A stretch of 64,000 nucleotides of DNA from a virus (lineage: Duplodnaviria > Caudoviricetes): positions 1 through 64,000 of IMG/VR virus record IMGVR_UViG_2617270876_000003, one strand, 5' to 3'. Both the position numbers and the translations under genes were made by a program. Below are positions 44,068-55,241 of this stretch, piece by piece; position 1 is the stretch's first letter; every line of letters begins with the position of its first letter. The notes under the pieces were generated by a model. That model searched no databases. It was not told the DNA's origin and saw nothing but the letters and a program-made list of their open reading frames with translations.

Positions 44068-44643
44068 CTATAGGAAACTCGATATATCCATATCATCATT
44101 ATTAATATATGTATTTTTACTTTTTAACTCTTGTTTTATTGTTTTATCTTGAGTCGTTGTTTTTCTAATCTGCTTCTCATGTTCCTTTTTTCTTTTCCTT
44201 CTCGCAAATGCCTCATTCAACTTATCAATCATAATACTAATCCCATAATTAATAGCCTTAGTGTCTTTGCTGCCGTCCAATTTGTTTACAATACACCATT
44301 TAATACTGTCGTCTGCCAAGAGATATGCCTCCAGCATTAGCCCATAATCCGGGCCAGTTCTCCATTGCCTAACTTTCTGACCATTCTTCATTAGATATCC
44401 AGCCCTTAGATCCTTAAGTCGCGTGATATTCCCTTTTGGAAGAACAATAATATCATGCAATTTAATGATATACTGATACAATGCATCCCATTGTTCATTC
44501 TCAATTCGTGTTGCTTCCCTATCCTTCAACCAGCGATCATGACAATACTCCTTGTGATAATACCGCTTATCCTCCTCTCGAATCATATCCTCCTTCTTGC
44601 CATACTGCTCACACACAGGACACTTCAATAAACGTTCAGCCAA
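44068..44643 (-). CDS. Replication-module protein (YorH-like, possible helicase loader)
   Basis: N-terminal CPVC..YH..C; lies upstream of the helicase. Confidence 0.55.
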   Translation of the reverse strand: MAERLLKCPVCEQYGKKEDMIREEDKRYYHKEYCHDRWLKDREATRIENEQWDALYQYIIKLHDIIVLPKGNITRLKDLRAGYLMKNGQKVRQWRTGPDYGLMLEAYLLADDSIKWCIVNKLDGSKDTKAINYGISIMIDKLNEAFARRKRKKEHEKQIRKTTTQDKTIKQELKSKNTYINNDDMDISSFL

Positions 44644-44656
44644 CTTATCACCCCCT

Positions 44657-45484
44657 TTAAATTAAAAAGCGTTCAAATACAGGTAATCTCAACATACCAT
44701 TCTTAGTAAATCCTCGATGCTTAACGAGACATCTCATCAAAGGTTGAGTGTACACGTAATCCTTTGTTTCTTCGGTCTTATATTTTTTCATCATTAAATA
44801 TCCAGCTTTTCTTTCCTCTGAATTTGGCCCATACTCCATAGTTCCTACTATTCCATTCCCGTCAGACAACAACCATCCAAATTTATCTTTTCTAAATCCA
44901 GCAAGATAAAACTCGCCCATTTCATAAGCAATGACCTTCTGCCAATACTTACTCTTCTTACCGATTATATATTTTGAATCTGCACGTTTTAATACGATTC
45001 CCTCTAAACCTTGTTGCTTAACTGCATTGAAATACTCTATCCCCTTACCAGTTAAATATCTTGATTTAACAAAGTAATCATTGTCAACAAATGAATCCTC
45101 AAGATACTTTTTACGTTCAGTTAAAGGCAAGTATGTCATATCTCTGTTTTTATACTTGATAATATCGAAAGCAACAATTGTAACTTTATGCTTACTTTTA
45201 CTTGATTGGAATCTTTCCATCGTAGCAGCAAAATCAGCCTTTCCTTCAGCGTTCGGTACAACAAGTTCAGAATCAAGAATTGTTCCACTAGGAATAGGCA
45301 TACTCTCAATAAGTTCGGGAAAATTGGCAGTTATCTCGTTTTCATGTCTCGTATATAGTCTTGGACGATTAATATTCCTAGGAACTAATCTGATTCCATC
45401 CCATTTTAGTTCGGTTATATATTTATCATCATTAAATGGTTTATTGTCCGCTGCGTATTCTAGGAGCATTGGAGATACAAACAT
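44657..45484 (-). CDS. ATP-dependent DNA ligase
   Basis: ELKWDGIR, LDSELV, AFDI, EGIVLK, LRLPVF. Confidence 0.93.
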   Translation of the reverse strand: MFVSPMLLEYAADNKPFNDDKYITELKWDGIRLVPRNINRPRLYTRHENEITANFPELIESMPIPSGTILDSELVVPNAEGKADFAATMERFQSSKSKHKVTIVAFDIIKYKNRDMTYLPLTERKKYLEDSFVDNDYFVKSRYLTGKGIEYFNAVKQQGLEGIVLKRADSKYIIGKKSKYWQKVIAYEMGEFYLAGFRKDKFGWLLSDGNGIVGTMEYGPNSEERKAGYLMMKKYKTEETKDYVYTQPLMRCLVKHRGFTKNGMLRLPVFERFLI

Positions 45485-45784
45485 TTTTCATCACCCACTA
45501 ATAGTATATCAAAAGTGTATATACTGGTTTAGCGGTAAGTTATGTATGTTAAACCTCGAAGCAATCATATCCAAGGTTATCGATTAAATGTAATTGTGTA
45601 GCAACAATCTTTCCATTATCGTCCTTTAGATTTATCTGAGACTCGTATTTTAAATCAATGTAAATTCCATGTTCATAGGACAGATTCTCTAAAGCTTCAA
45701 TAAAGTCAACAATTTTATCCTTACTCAATATGATTCCTCCTTCGTTTCATGGGTTGATGAAATACCTCTTTCATGAGGTTTTAT

Positions 45785-45831
45785 ATACTACATATAGATA
45801 ATCATTAATAAATATATACTACATGTTGTAT
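45785..45831. promoter_or_regulatory. Tandem NrdR-box-like sites
   Basis: ATACTACATATAGATA (45785) and ATACTACATGTTGTAT (45816), 31 bp apart. Confidence 0.6.
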
Positions 45832-45857
45832 TAAACATCATAAGATTAATTTTAAAT

Positions 45858-47048
45858 TTAAAACTTATCAAATGTACATGGCTTTGCTTCCAAGATTTCT
45901 TTAAGATATGTATGTGCGTTTTCAGCAGTTAATTCTATTCCCATTATGTATTCAATCTCTTCTCTCACATCTTTTGGAATCATGTTGATCAGAGCATTAC
46001 CGTAACCAAGATTGTAAACCATTGCATTATATACTTTTTCATGGTTTATTCTCATCCATTGCATATACCCATATTTCACAGGTATTGGACACATCATACA
46101 GCCTGTTCGCGGAGTAAATATTTTGAATCCTAACTTTTCTAGCATCATTGCTTGTTTTCTATTTACTGTTTGAGTTTGTCTGTCGCCTAAATCGTAATAA
46201 TCAAGTTCATATTCTTCTATTAATGACTTATTAGCAAAAACAGTTTCTTCTGTGTTTTCAGGATACTCCTGGATCAAGTTCATTTTATAGAGATCGTTAA
46301 ATGGTATATTCTCTTGTTCTACATAGTCCCAAATGTCCTTCTCTCTCCACCACAGGATTGGACGACATACATATGACTTCCATTCAGCCACACTATAGAA
46401 GTATTCACCATCTCTAAGTCCGGCCTGAAGTCGCTGACTAGACTCGTCTGCTCTAAGTCCAACGATGAGCAAGTCCCAACTATTTTCCTTTACTGCTCTT
46501 TTCATGGGTTCGTGTTTAAGCGTTCCACAACATCTCTCACTCAGTGGCCTTCCGTTTCTTCGGTCTCCTTTTCTAGCCGTAAAATAATCATCTGTAATGC
46601 CACCGTTGCGGTCAATGATATGTTTCAATGTTCGTTTGGGTTTAGTAATTGTCAGTCTGAGGTTCCATAGATTTGTTAGCATTTTTTGATACTGGCGAAC
46701 CTCTCTAAATTCGTTTGCGGTATCATTCCAAACAATATCGATGTCCGAAGGATCTCTCCCCAGTTCTATTAGTGATTTTCTGGTTAGATAAATATCAATA
46801 ACACTATCTATACCAAATGAGCAAGAAATAACTGGTTTCTTTGCTCTCTGTAGTGCCATTTTTATCAAATCAATTGATAATCTCTCTTTTTCATCTAAGG
46901 ATATTGACTTATGTATGTTGAAATTTGCATATCTTGTTTCTTTATCTGCCCTTGTTTGGTTATACCTTTGCTTAGATTTCCCTTTATCATCTAGGTACTC
47001 TTCTTTTGTTGGGTTAATCTGTAACCCATACTGTTCAGATATATTCAA
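45858..47048 (-). CDS. PAPS-reductase-family (PP-loop) protein with Fe-S cysteines
   Basis: SCSFGIDS, NDTANEF, RCCGTLK, GLRADES..R, RTGCMMC. Confidence 0.88.
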   Translation of the reverse strand: MNISEQYGLQINPTKEEYLDDKGKSKQRYNQTRADKETRYANFNIHKSISLDEKERLSIDLIKMALQRAKKPVISCSFGIDSVIDIYLTRKSLIELGRDPSDIDIVWNDTANEFREVRQYQKMLTNLWNLRLTITKPKRTLKHIIDRNGGITDDYFTARKGDRRNGRPLSERCCGTLKHEPMKRAVKENSWDLLIVGLRADESSQRLQAGLRDGEYFYSVAEWKSYVCRPILWWREKDIWDYVEQENIPFNDLYKMNLIQEYPENTEETVFANKSLIEEYELDYYDLGDRQTQTVNRKQAMMLEKLGFKIFTPRTGCMMCPIPVKYGYMQWMRINHEKVYNAMVYNLGYGNALINMIPKDVREEIEYIMGIELTAENAHTYLKEILEAKPCTFDKF

Positions 47049-47301
47049 ATACTCACCACCTTATTATTTTTACTAATGTAGAATTTCTTAGTTGTTCTAT
47101 TTACATAAATCAAACTCTTGCCGAATAGACTATCTATCCCCTCAAACAGAATCAGATTCTCTGTTTCGGCCTTTATTTTCTCAGTCTTGAACGTACAATC
47201 ATTTTTAAGAAATGAAAGTATATCGAAAAAATTGAGAATTTGTCCTTCACACATTGTTCGACTGGTTTCAATGACATGGATATTCATATTCGCGCCTCTC
47301 T

Positions 47302-47673
47302 TTAAGTGTTTTTTAATAATACTGGTGCGAACTTTTTCAATTTGCTTAATCCCTTTTCAAAATCATTAAAAAGAAATAATGAGCAGCAAGCAAAGAATGG
47401 ATCGATATAGCTCTTTTCCCATACTGTAATAATTGGGATATTGTTTTCAAATGCAGTTGCACATTCCCATGTAGCGCCAAATCCACTTGGATTATCTTTT
47501 TCCATGTAACAAAACACTAAATCCGACTTTTTAACTTGTTCGATATCTTCAAGTACAAAACGATAAGAGGCTGTTTGTTCTACGGATCTTGGATCAAAAT
47601 ATGTCACCCCCTCAATTTTTGGTAACTTATCTTGCCATGTTCCATACATTCCACCTGAAAGGTAAATTTGCAT
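47302..47673 (-). CDS. Nucleoside 2-deoxyribosyltransferase/nucleotide N-glycosidase-like protein
   Basis: IYLSGG, FDP, D..V..SDLV, SGFGATWE. Confidence 0.75.
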   Translation of the reverse strand: MQIYLSGGMYGTWQDKLPKIEGVTYFDPRSVEQTASYRFVLEDIEQVKKSDLVFCYMEKDNPSGFGATWECATAFENNIPIITVWEKSYIDPFFACCSLFLFNDFEKGLSKLKKFAPVLLKNT

Positions 47674-47722
47674 TAGATGTCTCCGTTCTTGTTAGTATTT
47701 CTTGATAAAATGAGGGTTTTAC

Positions 47723-48616
47723 TTAAACATTTTTCTTATTCTTCAACCACTCTTGGACATACCAAAGCATTCCGCAGCCGCCTCCGATATCGTCCTGTCC
47801 TGCTGGATCAAACATTCTAACGTTGTATCCATCTTCCAAAAACTTATTCATGAACTCTTTAATTACGTTGTGATTTCGGTATCCGGCATCTTTCATGGTT
47901 TCGTCAGCACTACAGACAACACTAAAAGTTAAGTTGAAGAACATGGGGCTAAACAAATCTTTAAGCCTGTTTAAATGATCATCTGTTACATTGGTTCCAT
48001 CTACACAATAGTTGAGGTAAACCTTTCTTCCAGTTTCTTTGCTCCAAGTGATTCCAGCGTCACGGATCTTTCGCAATGGCATCTTATTCTTAAATGGAAT
48101 CAACGTATTTCTTTCTTCTTCGAATGCTTTATGTATAGAAAACTGCAAACCTACTTTATCAATTTGCTTGGACAATTCAATCATCTTGCTAAATGTTTTG
48201 TCGTTATTAATTCCAACTGTAGATATCAAAAGTTGTGCGTTCGGATAAAGAACATTTAGAAGTTTAATTGCTGATTCTACATTATCCCAATTAAGCATTG
48301 GTTCACCCATAGACATGAACATGATTTGAAACTTATCAGACGACAACACATCGTTAGCAATCTTCATGTCTTCGATCATGTGTGTAACCTGATAAATGAT
48401 TTCATCTGGTTTTAAATTTCTAATAAACTTCTTGCCTGTGCCACAAAATTTACATCCTACAGGACATCCAGATTGTACCGAGCAACAGATAACGGTTCGA
48501 TTTTTGAACGATTCATATTTGTATAGAACAGCTTCGGTTACAACTTCTTCTGTTGTGAAAACATACTTCCATACATTTTGTTCTGAACTATCAAATCTTT
48601 TAACTTCATTAAACAA
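47723..48616 (-). CDS. RlmN/Cfr-family radical-SAM methyltransferase lacking the N-terminal domain
   Basis: ICCSVQSGCPVGCKFC, MSMGEP, QFSIH, DIGGGCGML. Confidence 0.85.
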   Translation of the reverse strand: MFNEVKRFDSSEQNVWKYVFTTEEVVTEAVLYKYESFKNRTVICCSVQSGCPVGCKFCGTGKKFIRNLKPDEIIYQVTHMIEDMKIANDVLSSDKFQIMFMSMGEPMLNWDNVESAIKLLNVLYPNAQLLISTVGINNDKTFSKMIELSKQIDKVGLQFSIHKAFEEERNTLIPFKNKMPLRKIRDAGITWSKETGRKVYLNYCVDGTNVTDDHLNRLKDLFSPMFFNLTFSVVCSADETMKDAGYRNHNVIKEFMNKFLEDGYNVRMFDPAGQDDIGGGCGMLWYVQEWLKNKKNV

Positions 48617-48831
48617 TTAATCATCTCCTATGTATTTTTATTATTTAAATCAATACCACAAACATGACAGTAATTCAGTTCGATATCGGTATATTCAAAA
48701 CTATCATTACTATAATCCCACGAATTTCCCTCTACTCTTAAATACCATTTCTTATTTTGATAATCAAACCAAATATTTTCATCACAGTTATGTTCCACTC
48801 TTTATCCTCCCTTCAACATGAAACTGAACTT

Positions 48832-50040
48832 TTATTCCAACTCAAATGGACATTTGTAGTCTTCTAATTCTTCATTCTCCCACTTTTCATATTCCGCTTT
48901 AGGCACTTCTCTTGTCACAATGCAACTTTTTGCCAGAACTTTATCTGAATTCTTAATGTAAAAATCTGTGTATGGAATTGTTGCTTCAATTAACACAGCA
49001 TTTCTGCTATTTGAATAACTGGAACTTGAAATTTCTAACTTCTCATTGAAATACAGGTAGTCATCTCTCTTGGGAGTGGCCTTCTGATCTATCTTGTATT
49101 CAAATTCCTTGTCCCAGAAACTAAAATATTTATCTCCCCTTTTTTCAACGAACTTGTAGAATTTCCGATTCGCGATAAACTCCTCTCCGTTGTATCCAAC
49201 TTTATTCTTTGGCGTGTTATCAATTTGCTTTAGAGTCCCATCTTTTTTTATTCTATATGTATAGTCATTAATTGTTACTACTTTAGTTGGTTCCTTGCTT
49301 ATGTATTCGATAATCTCTTCAACATCATTAAATTTAACTTTTTCTGGTTCCTTGAAATAATCATCATTTATTGAAAGATCAGCTATCTTATCAATGATTA
49401 AATCAAGAGAGAATTCTTCACCTTCTTTCAGTTTGATTAATTTATCGTAGTTGATTCCATACATTCCACCCAAATGCTCTTTTAAATGCTCAATTGTCTC
49501 GATCTTCATGCCCATGCACTTTAGTGCAATCCGCAAAAATTCCGGCTTGGAAATTGTGTATCCTTTTTCTTTATATTTATGTACTCTAAGCAAAGAAACG
49601 ACTGGGTATGCAGTGTTTTTGTTGAACTTGAGAATCCGTTGTGAATTATGTTTTAGGAAGTCTTCGTGTAAAACGAACTCCTCTGAGAAAAAGTCGAATG
49701 CACCCATGCATACCGTATAATCAAAACTGTCAAATATCTCTTCCGCATTCTCAAAATATCTGAAATGAATCATTTGTACTTCTTTATCATCGATTCTTAC
49801 AAGGAGCGCTTTTGTGGTCAGAGCATTGATCCAGTCATTCCCATCCTCATATACTTCTTCAATAAATTCATTGAGCAGTTTTTCGCTACGAAAATAAACA
49901 TCAACATCTTTAATTTCTTTATTATTGAATAGACTAGTAATTAATCCCCCAGCTATAAATACCCTATATTCCTTAAATACATTGACTAAATGTTGCCCCA
50001 AGTAATTGTACAGTTTATTCTTTTCAAATTGGAAGTTCAT
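48832..50040 (-). CDS. Pol-beta-superfamily nucleotidyltransferase (CCA/poly(A)-polymerase head-like)
   Basis: IAGG..S, KDVDVYF, FDYTVCM, SLLRV.KY..KGY. Confidence 0.75.
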   Translation of the reverse strand: MNFQFEKNKLYNYLGQHLVNVFKEYRVFIAGGLITSLFNNKEIKDVDVYFRSEKLLNEFIEEVYEDGNDWINALTTKALLVRIDDKEVQMIHFRYFENAEEIFDSFDYTVCMGAFDFFSEEFVLHEDFLKHNSQRILKFNKNTAYPVVSLLRVHKYKEKGYTISKPEFLRIALKCMGMKIETIEHLKEHLGGMYGINYDKLIKLKEGEEFSLDLIIDKIADLSINDDYFKEPEKVKFNDVEEIIEYISKEPTKVVTINDYTYRIKKDGTLKQIDNTPKNKVGYNGEEFIANRKFYKFVEKRGDKYFSFWDKEFEYKIDQKATPKRDDYLYFNEKLEISSSSYSNSRNAVLIEATIPYTDFYIKNSDKVLAKSCIVTREVPKAEYEKWENEELEDYKCPFELE

Positions 50041-51088
50041 TTATCTTCTCCTTTATAATATCATTAATTATTATTTATGTATATATTTATTTTTACTTTA
50101 TTGAATTATAAACTTGAATCCAGCAGCCACAACTACAATTTAAATCATGATCCACTTTCTTCTTGTTTGGTAGTAGCAACCTTGCCGATGGAAAACTATA
50201 TGGTCTGTTAGCATATTGCAATCTTCCTTCTTGATATTCAATCTCATCAAGAATTTCTCTTAATTCTCTTTTGTCTTTCCTTTTTGGCTTCACTTTAATC
50301 TCATCTTTTAACTCAAGTGCTCTCATCTTTAATGTTTTTGTGCTGACTCGATATAACATCTCGCCCCAAACTCCCATACTCAACCTCTACTTTCTTCATA
50401 AAATCGGGCTTTCATGCGCTTTTAGTAATCAAAAAGTCCAGTGTTTATAAGGTTTTCTTGCATTAACAAGCTACGAAACATGTATTGCACCACTTCTTCG
50501 TACTGTGCAACTAATTTTGGAACCAGACAGGGCTTAAAGAAACAATTTCATCAATTTCGCCAGCTAACATTCCATTGACTGATACATAGCTGTCATTCCA
50601 TTCTTCTTTCGAGCAAGTGGAGAGACAAAATACCTTAAAATAATTTCCGTTAAGAGTAAACACCTTGTAAGTTGTGTCAATGATAGTCTTATCCTTGTAC
50701 GGCGTTTGCACATACTTCTGCGCAGCCAGAAGCTCCGCATTAGGGGTGCTGTTCAAATACGAATTAACAGACTGCTGGAGACTTTCGGGGCAATCATTGA
50801 GTTTGATTTCTTCTTTCATAGTTTAATCACTCCTTCGCTATATGCGTATGCCATACTTCATACCTCAAATCGGTCTGGCAATAAATTAAATACTTGCTTA
50901 CGATAAACAGATCTTCTAAATAACTCTTCGGGACAATCCAGGCATTTAATCACAAGATCTTTTTCAATTCCTCCACTCTCTAATTCGTTCCCTGCCGGAA
51001 AATAAGCGGCAATATGTTTATGTGCGCAATCCAACCAATCACCAACTTTCTGATCAAATCAAGCTTTGATGAAGATCTTTAAATCACT

Positions 51089-51745
51089 TTAACTTCTGAT
51101 TTTTCTTGTTCTATTTTTTATTTGCTCCCTCTCTCTTCTGTCTTGTGTTTCATAGATGCGAACCGCTTTCCGAATATGCTGTTCTATTTTATCTATGTCC
51201 TTATTTAGATCGTGCAAACCTTTCTCTTTAATTGAAAAATTCCCTTTATACATATTCAGATCCAGCACATATGATCTAGAATAACTAATTGAATCTATAT
51301 CCTGATAATCGATTTGAATATCGAAAGAAGGAAAGTTTCTTTCTTCATCCATAACTTCTATAAAACTACCCGCCAAAGCGTTTATGGTTTGACCTGGAGC
51401 TAAAAATGCGACACCTTCGTTTAGCATATGTGCATTTTTTAAATCTTTAGGAAGCCAGCCTCCATTCTTTGTTGTTAAATTGATTTTGATGTTTTTCGCA
51501 GCATTCTCACCTCTGTTAGTTAATTTAAATGAAACAAATTGAAGATCGTTAGAATCAAAGTAACCAATAACATTGGGCGTGTTATTTTCTTGACGAATTT
51601 TTTCATTATGCTTCAGCGATTCAGCGCTATACTTTTGTGAATTTCGAGCAAACCACACGTTAAGTGCGGTCAACAGAATAGTAAGGGTAATATTGAAAAC
51701 ACCAATTAAATTAACATTCTCTGTTGCCCATTGGTTAAAATTCAT
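51089..51745 (-). CDS. Membrane-anchored hypothetical protein bounded by junction palindromes
   Basis: N-terminal TM helix, N.G..AKNI motif; motif copies at 51053 and 51767. Confidence 0.7.
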   Translation of the reverse strand: MNFNQWATENVNLIGVFNITLTILLTALNVWFARNSQKYSAESLKHNEKIRQENNTPNVIGYFDSNDLQFVSFKLTNRGENAAKNIKINLTTKNGGWLPKDLKNAHMLNEGVAFLAPGQTINALAGSFIEVMDEERNFPSFDIQIDYQDIDSISYSRSYVLDLNMYKGNFSIKEKGLHDLNKDIDKIEQHIRKAVRIYETQDRREREQIKNRTRKIRS

Positions 51746-53512
51746 ATTGTGATTCTCCTATACTCTGTGAAAGTAAACTTTCATCTTATTTTCTCACTTT
51801 AATTCTTATAGTTATCTCTAATCGTTCATTGGATTCTGGGTCATAAATTGGCATATTCTCCTTAATCCAATCCTTAACACGTTCGATTGGGTCTGATCCA
51901 TCATAAGTTATGATTGTTATCTGTTCACCTACTAATCGTTCATCCTCTTCAAACATCTACTTGCCTCCAATTCAACTATTCCAGCGATTTAAGTTTCGAG
52001 CTTTCCTTGATCCAATCGAATAATTTTCTAGTATCATTGGATGTACATTCATCCAAAAAATCATCTATGTCAATGTTAATCATTCTATCGTCTAGATACG
52101 TTTGTACTTCTTCCCTACTGACGTAAAAATGAAACTCACCAAATTGATTATATGTAGTTAGTTGAATCTTAGTTGTCTTATTGCTCATGATTGAAATCTC
52201 TCCAGTCCCGATGTTGGTTTATTTTACCTCTTAACATCATAATACCTTATCTTGTTTAATACAGCATGAGGTAAAATAATCCTGTTGGAGAAAGATTTCG
52301 CTCAGTCTGTTTCGTCATCTATATCATTACCATCACTATCAGTATGTATTACTTCTTTTAGTTTTCCGCCTTCCCATATTTGCAGTATATGAGATGAGTC
52401 TTCACTGCCTATATACTCTTCTGGATTTACATCATGTATCGTGATACCTTTAGCAATTTGTTGATCGTCTCCAGCATATAAAATCTGATAATACTCTATT
52501 TCCTCAAATATTTTCACATAGGTTTTATTCATTCTTGTTCCTCCATTTCTACGTAAAAGAAAGATTTTATCCAATATATATGATTTCTTCTTTAATGATT
52601 ACAGACTCAAATTCATTTATAAAAACTCTGTTCAGCACTATATCTTTTTGAGAGACATTTAATCTGGTAGTTTTACTTATTCCTTCCGCCGCTTTCTTCA
52701 GACTCATATAGTCACGGTATCCATCATTAATGATTTTCCCATTCTGCTTTAAGATACATTCATAATTTACTCTAACGAATTTTCCTTTTCTTTGCTGGAC
52801 TACTCTTTCTATCCCAATGACCAATTCCTCATTTCTTCATGGCTTCAAAATGTTTTATAGTATAATGCCGTGCTGGTCTTCCAATGTGTTTGATATAGCC
52901 CTTAGTAAACAAATCACTTTTATCAAGCGCTGATAATACACGATTATTGATTTTTAACGGATGATGATCTCCATGCTTATCATACATTCCTGCACGATTA
53001 GCACATTCGTGAATTTCATCCAAATCTCCATACCAAACTGAATTTCGACCATTTTCAATTAAAATGTCATACATATGCTCTGCAATAGTTTTCTTCATAT
53101 TCACTCCATGTCTTCATCGCAGAAGAAAATTTCACGACCTCTCAAGCCATTCAAGTGTTTGTGATTGATCCATGTAAAAAGAATTTTCAGTAAGATTGTA
53201 TTTTACAAACACATCGGCTCCAGCAGTACCCTGATTAAACCCATTGAAATCAGCATCAACAAACATTCTTGCTATAATATAGCCGCCAATTATCTTATCT
53301 TCATAATTCTTTATGTAATCACTTTTAATTGGTTCATATACATCACCAAACGCTAAATCGAGAATATAGCCAAGTTCTTTTAAGTTTCTTTTTCCTTTAT
53401 AATAAACTCTTTCACCATATTCATTCTCTTGAAATTTATCAGAGAAAAAATAATTCCTCAAGTTGCTTTTTCTAGCCTCAAACTCTGACGATTTCAACCA
53501 ATCATCTCCATT

Positions 53513-53776
53513 CTAATATAGTTTCTGCCCCTTTCCAGTTGTTAACTTCCACGCATGGAGACATCCAACCTCTAGTTCCTGTGCATCTGTAAAGCAAGCC
53601 TTACACTCTCCAGACTTATAGTATTCACAACCTTTAGATACAATCTTTCTAAGTTGTTTCTTAGACAATACTCTTGCGGTTGGCCCTCTTAAGTATCTAT
53701 CTTCTGTATGAACAATAATATATTTTGGGTCAGTTGCTAATTCGTGCGCCTTTTTTCTCATTGTCTTCACTTCCAT
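53513..53776 (-). CDS. Hypothetical protein, paralog of 54984-55241
   Basis: KAHEL..PKYI.VHTEDRYL..CFTDAQELE..C..AWK.T.G.GQKLY shared. Confidence 0.8.
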   Translation of the reverse strand: MEVKTMRKKAHELATDPKYIIVHTEDRYLRGPTARVLSKKQLRKIVSKGCEYYKSGECKACFTDAQELEVGCLHAWKLTTGKGQKLY

Positions 53777-54983
53777 TTCTTAATGAAAGGAAAATTTCAT
53801 AAGTTTTTAATTCAAACATGGTTATGATTCATAAATATTAAATATATTCGTAATGACCATGAGAAACCACATCTGGACACTCACCATTTTTCTCAACAAT
53901 TACTTGGACACCAATATCTCTGTATTTATGAGCGTCTTTAATATAGTACTCTTCATTAACATTGTACCAATTCCAAGATTCACTTTTTGTAATAATAATT
54001 TTCTTCACTTTTAATTTCCTCCCTTAATAATACTAAATTTTTTCTACTTTATACGATAGCCATCTTTCCATCTCTTGGTTGTATGCTTGTTCAACATCGT
54101 CTTCATCCAATTCCTCGTCTAGGTTTTTAAGTTCTTCTATTACTTCTTTGTACGTTCTCAAGCCATATAAGCCAGCGCATTTTTCATACTCTTCTACGGC
54201 ACGTTCATAGGCATAATCCATTGCTTCGTCTTGTGAATCAAAGTCTTCTGTCGAACCATACTTTGCTCCACCAAAACCGCCGCCAAGACCGTAGTATATT
54301 TTGTAATTTACCATTATATGCAACTCCCTAAATATTTTTAATGAAAGAAAATTTTATTTGATCTTAACGAATAACTCCGATAACTCTTCATCTGTAATAA
54401 TATAATCTGCAAAGTCTCGATTTGCTCCAAGCGCATGTTTCCCGTCATTTGTTTTATAACAATAAAAATAAATTGCCTCATTATATTTGTGTTTATATAG
54501 CACACTATCTCATCCTTTCTTCATGAAATGTATGATTTATCAACTTTCCTCCTTCCACTTAGTTTTAAAACCCAAGTACTTAGTCATAGAAATTTTTGCT
54601 CCTCTTAACGATCTAAAGTTGTCGTGATAAGCGATGCTCATTCCTGTTGCAGATAAGTAATTCTTACCAGGATAAAACTGTGTAGAATACAGTTGAGTAT
54701 TAGGATTGTATATTATTGAAGCCGACTCTCCGTCTTTAGGATTAATCAGTTTCCATGTCTTTTTCATCTTCTACCCCATGATTTGATGATAAAGTATTTG
54801 TTTTATTCGAAGTCAAATCCATATCTTTCTAGCAGTTTTGTAACAACATTGATATCAGACTTATTTATCCATTCAATGAATTCCTCTACTGTTTCATAGT
54901 CTTTTTTAGGAACATTGGTATTCCATCCATGTTCTTTTTCCCAAGCAGTACCGTCGGCTAAACTCATAAATCATTCTCCTTCT

Positions 54984-55241
54984 TCAATAAAGTTTTTGTC
55001 CTCTTCCAACCGTCATCTTCCAGGCAAATAGACATGTATACTCCAACTCTTGTGCATCAGTAAAGCAACCATTGCACTGACCCTCCTTGTGGGCAAAGCA
55101 CTTTTCAGCAGCAATTTTTCTCAACAATTTTTTAGAAATGACTCTTGCAGCTTGCTTGGTCAAATACCGATCCTCGGTATGGACAACAATATACTTTGGA
55201 TGTTCGGTTAATTCGTGTGCTTTTCGTTTCATACTGCTCAC
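54984..55241 (-). CDS. Hypothetical protein, paralog of 53513-53776
   Basis: Same motifs as 53513-53776. Confidence 0.8.
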   Translation of the reverse strand: MSSMKRKAHELTEHPKYIVVHTEDRYLTKQAARVISKKLLRKIAAEKCFAHKEGQCNGCFTDAQELEYTCLFAWKMTVGRGQKLY

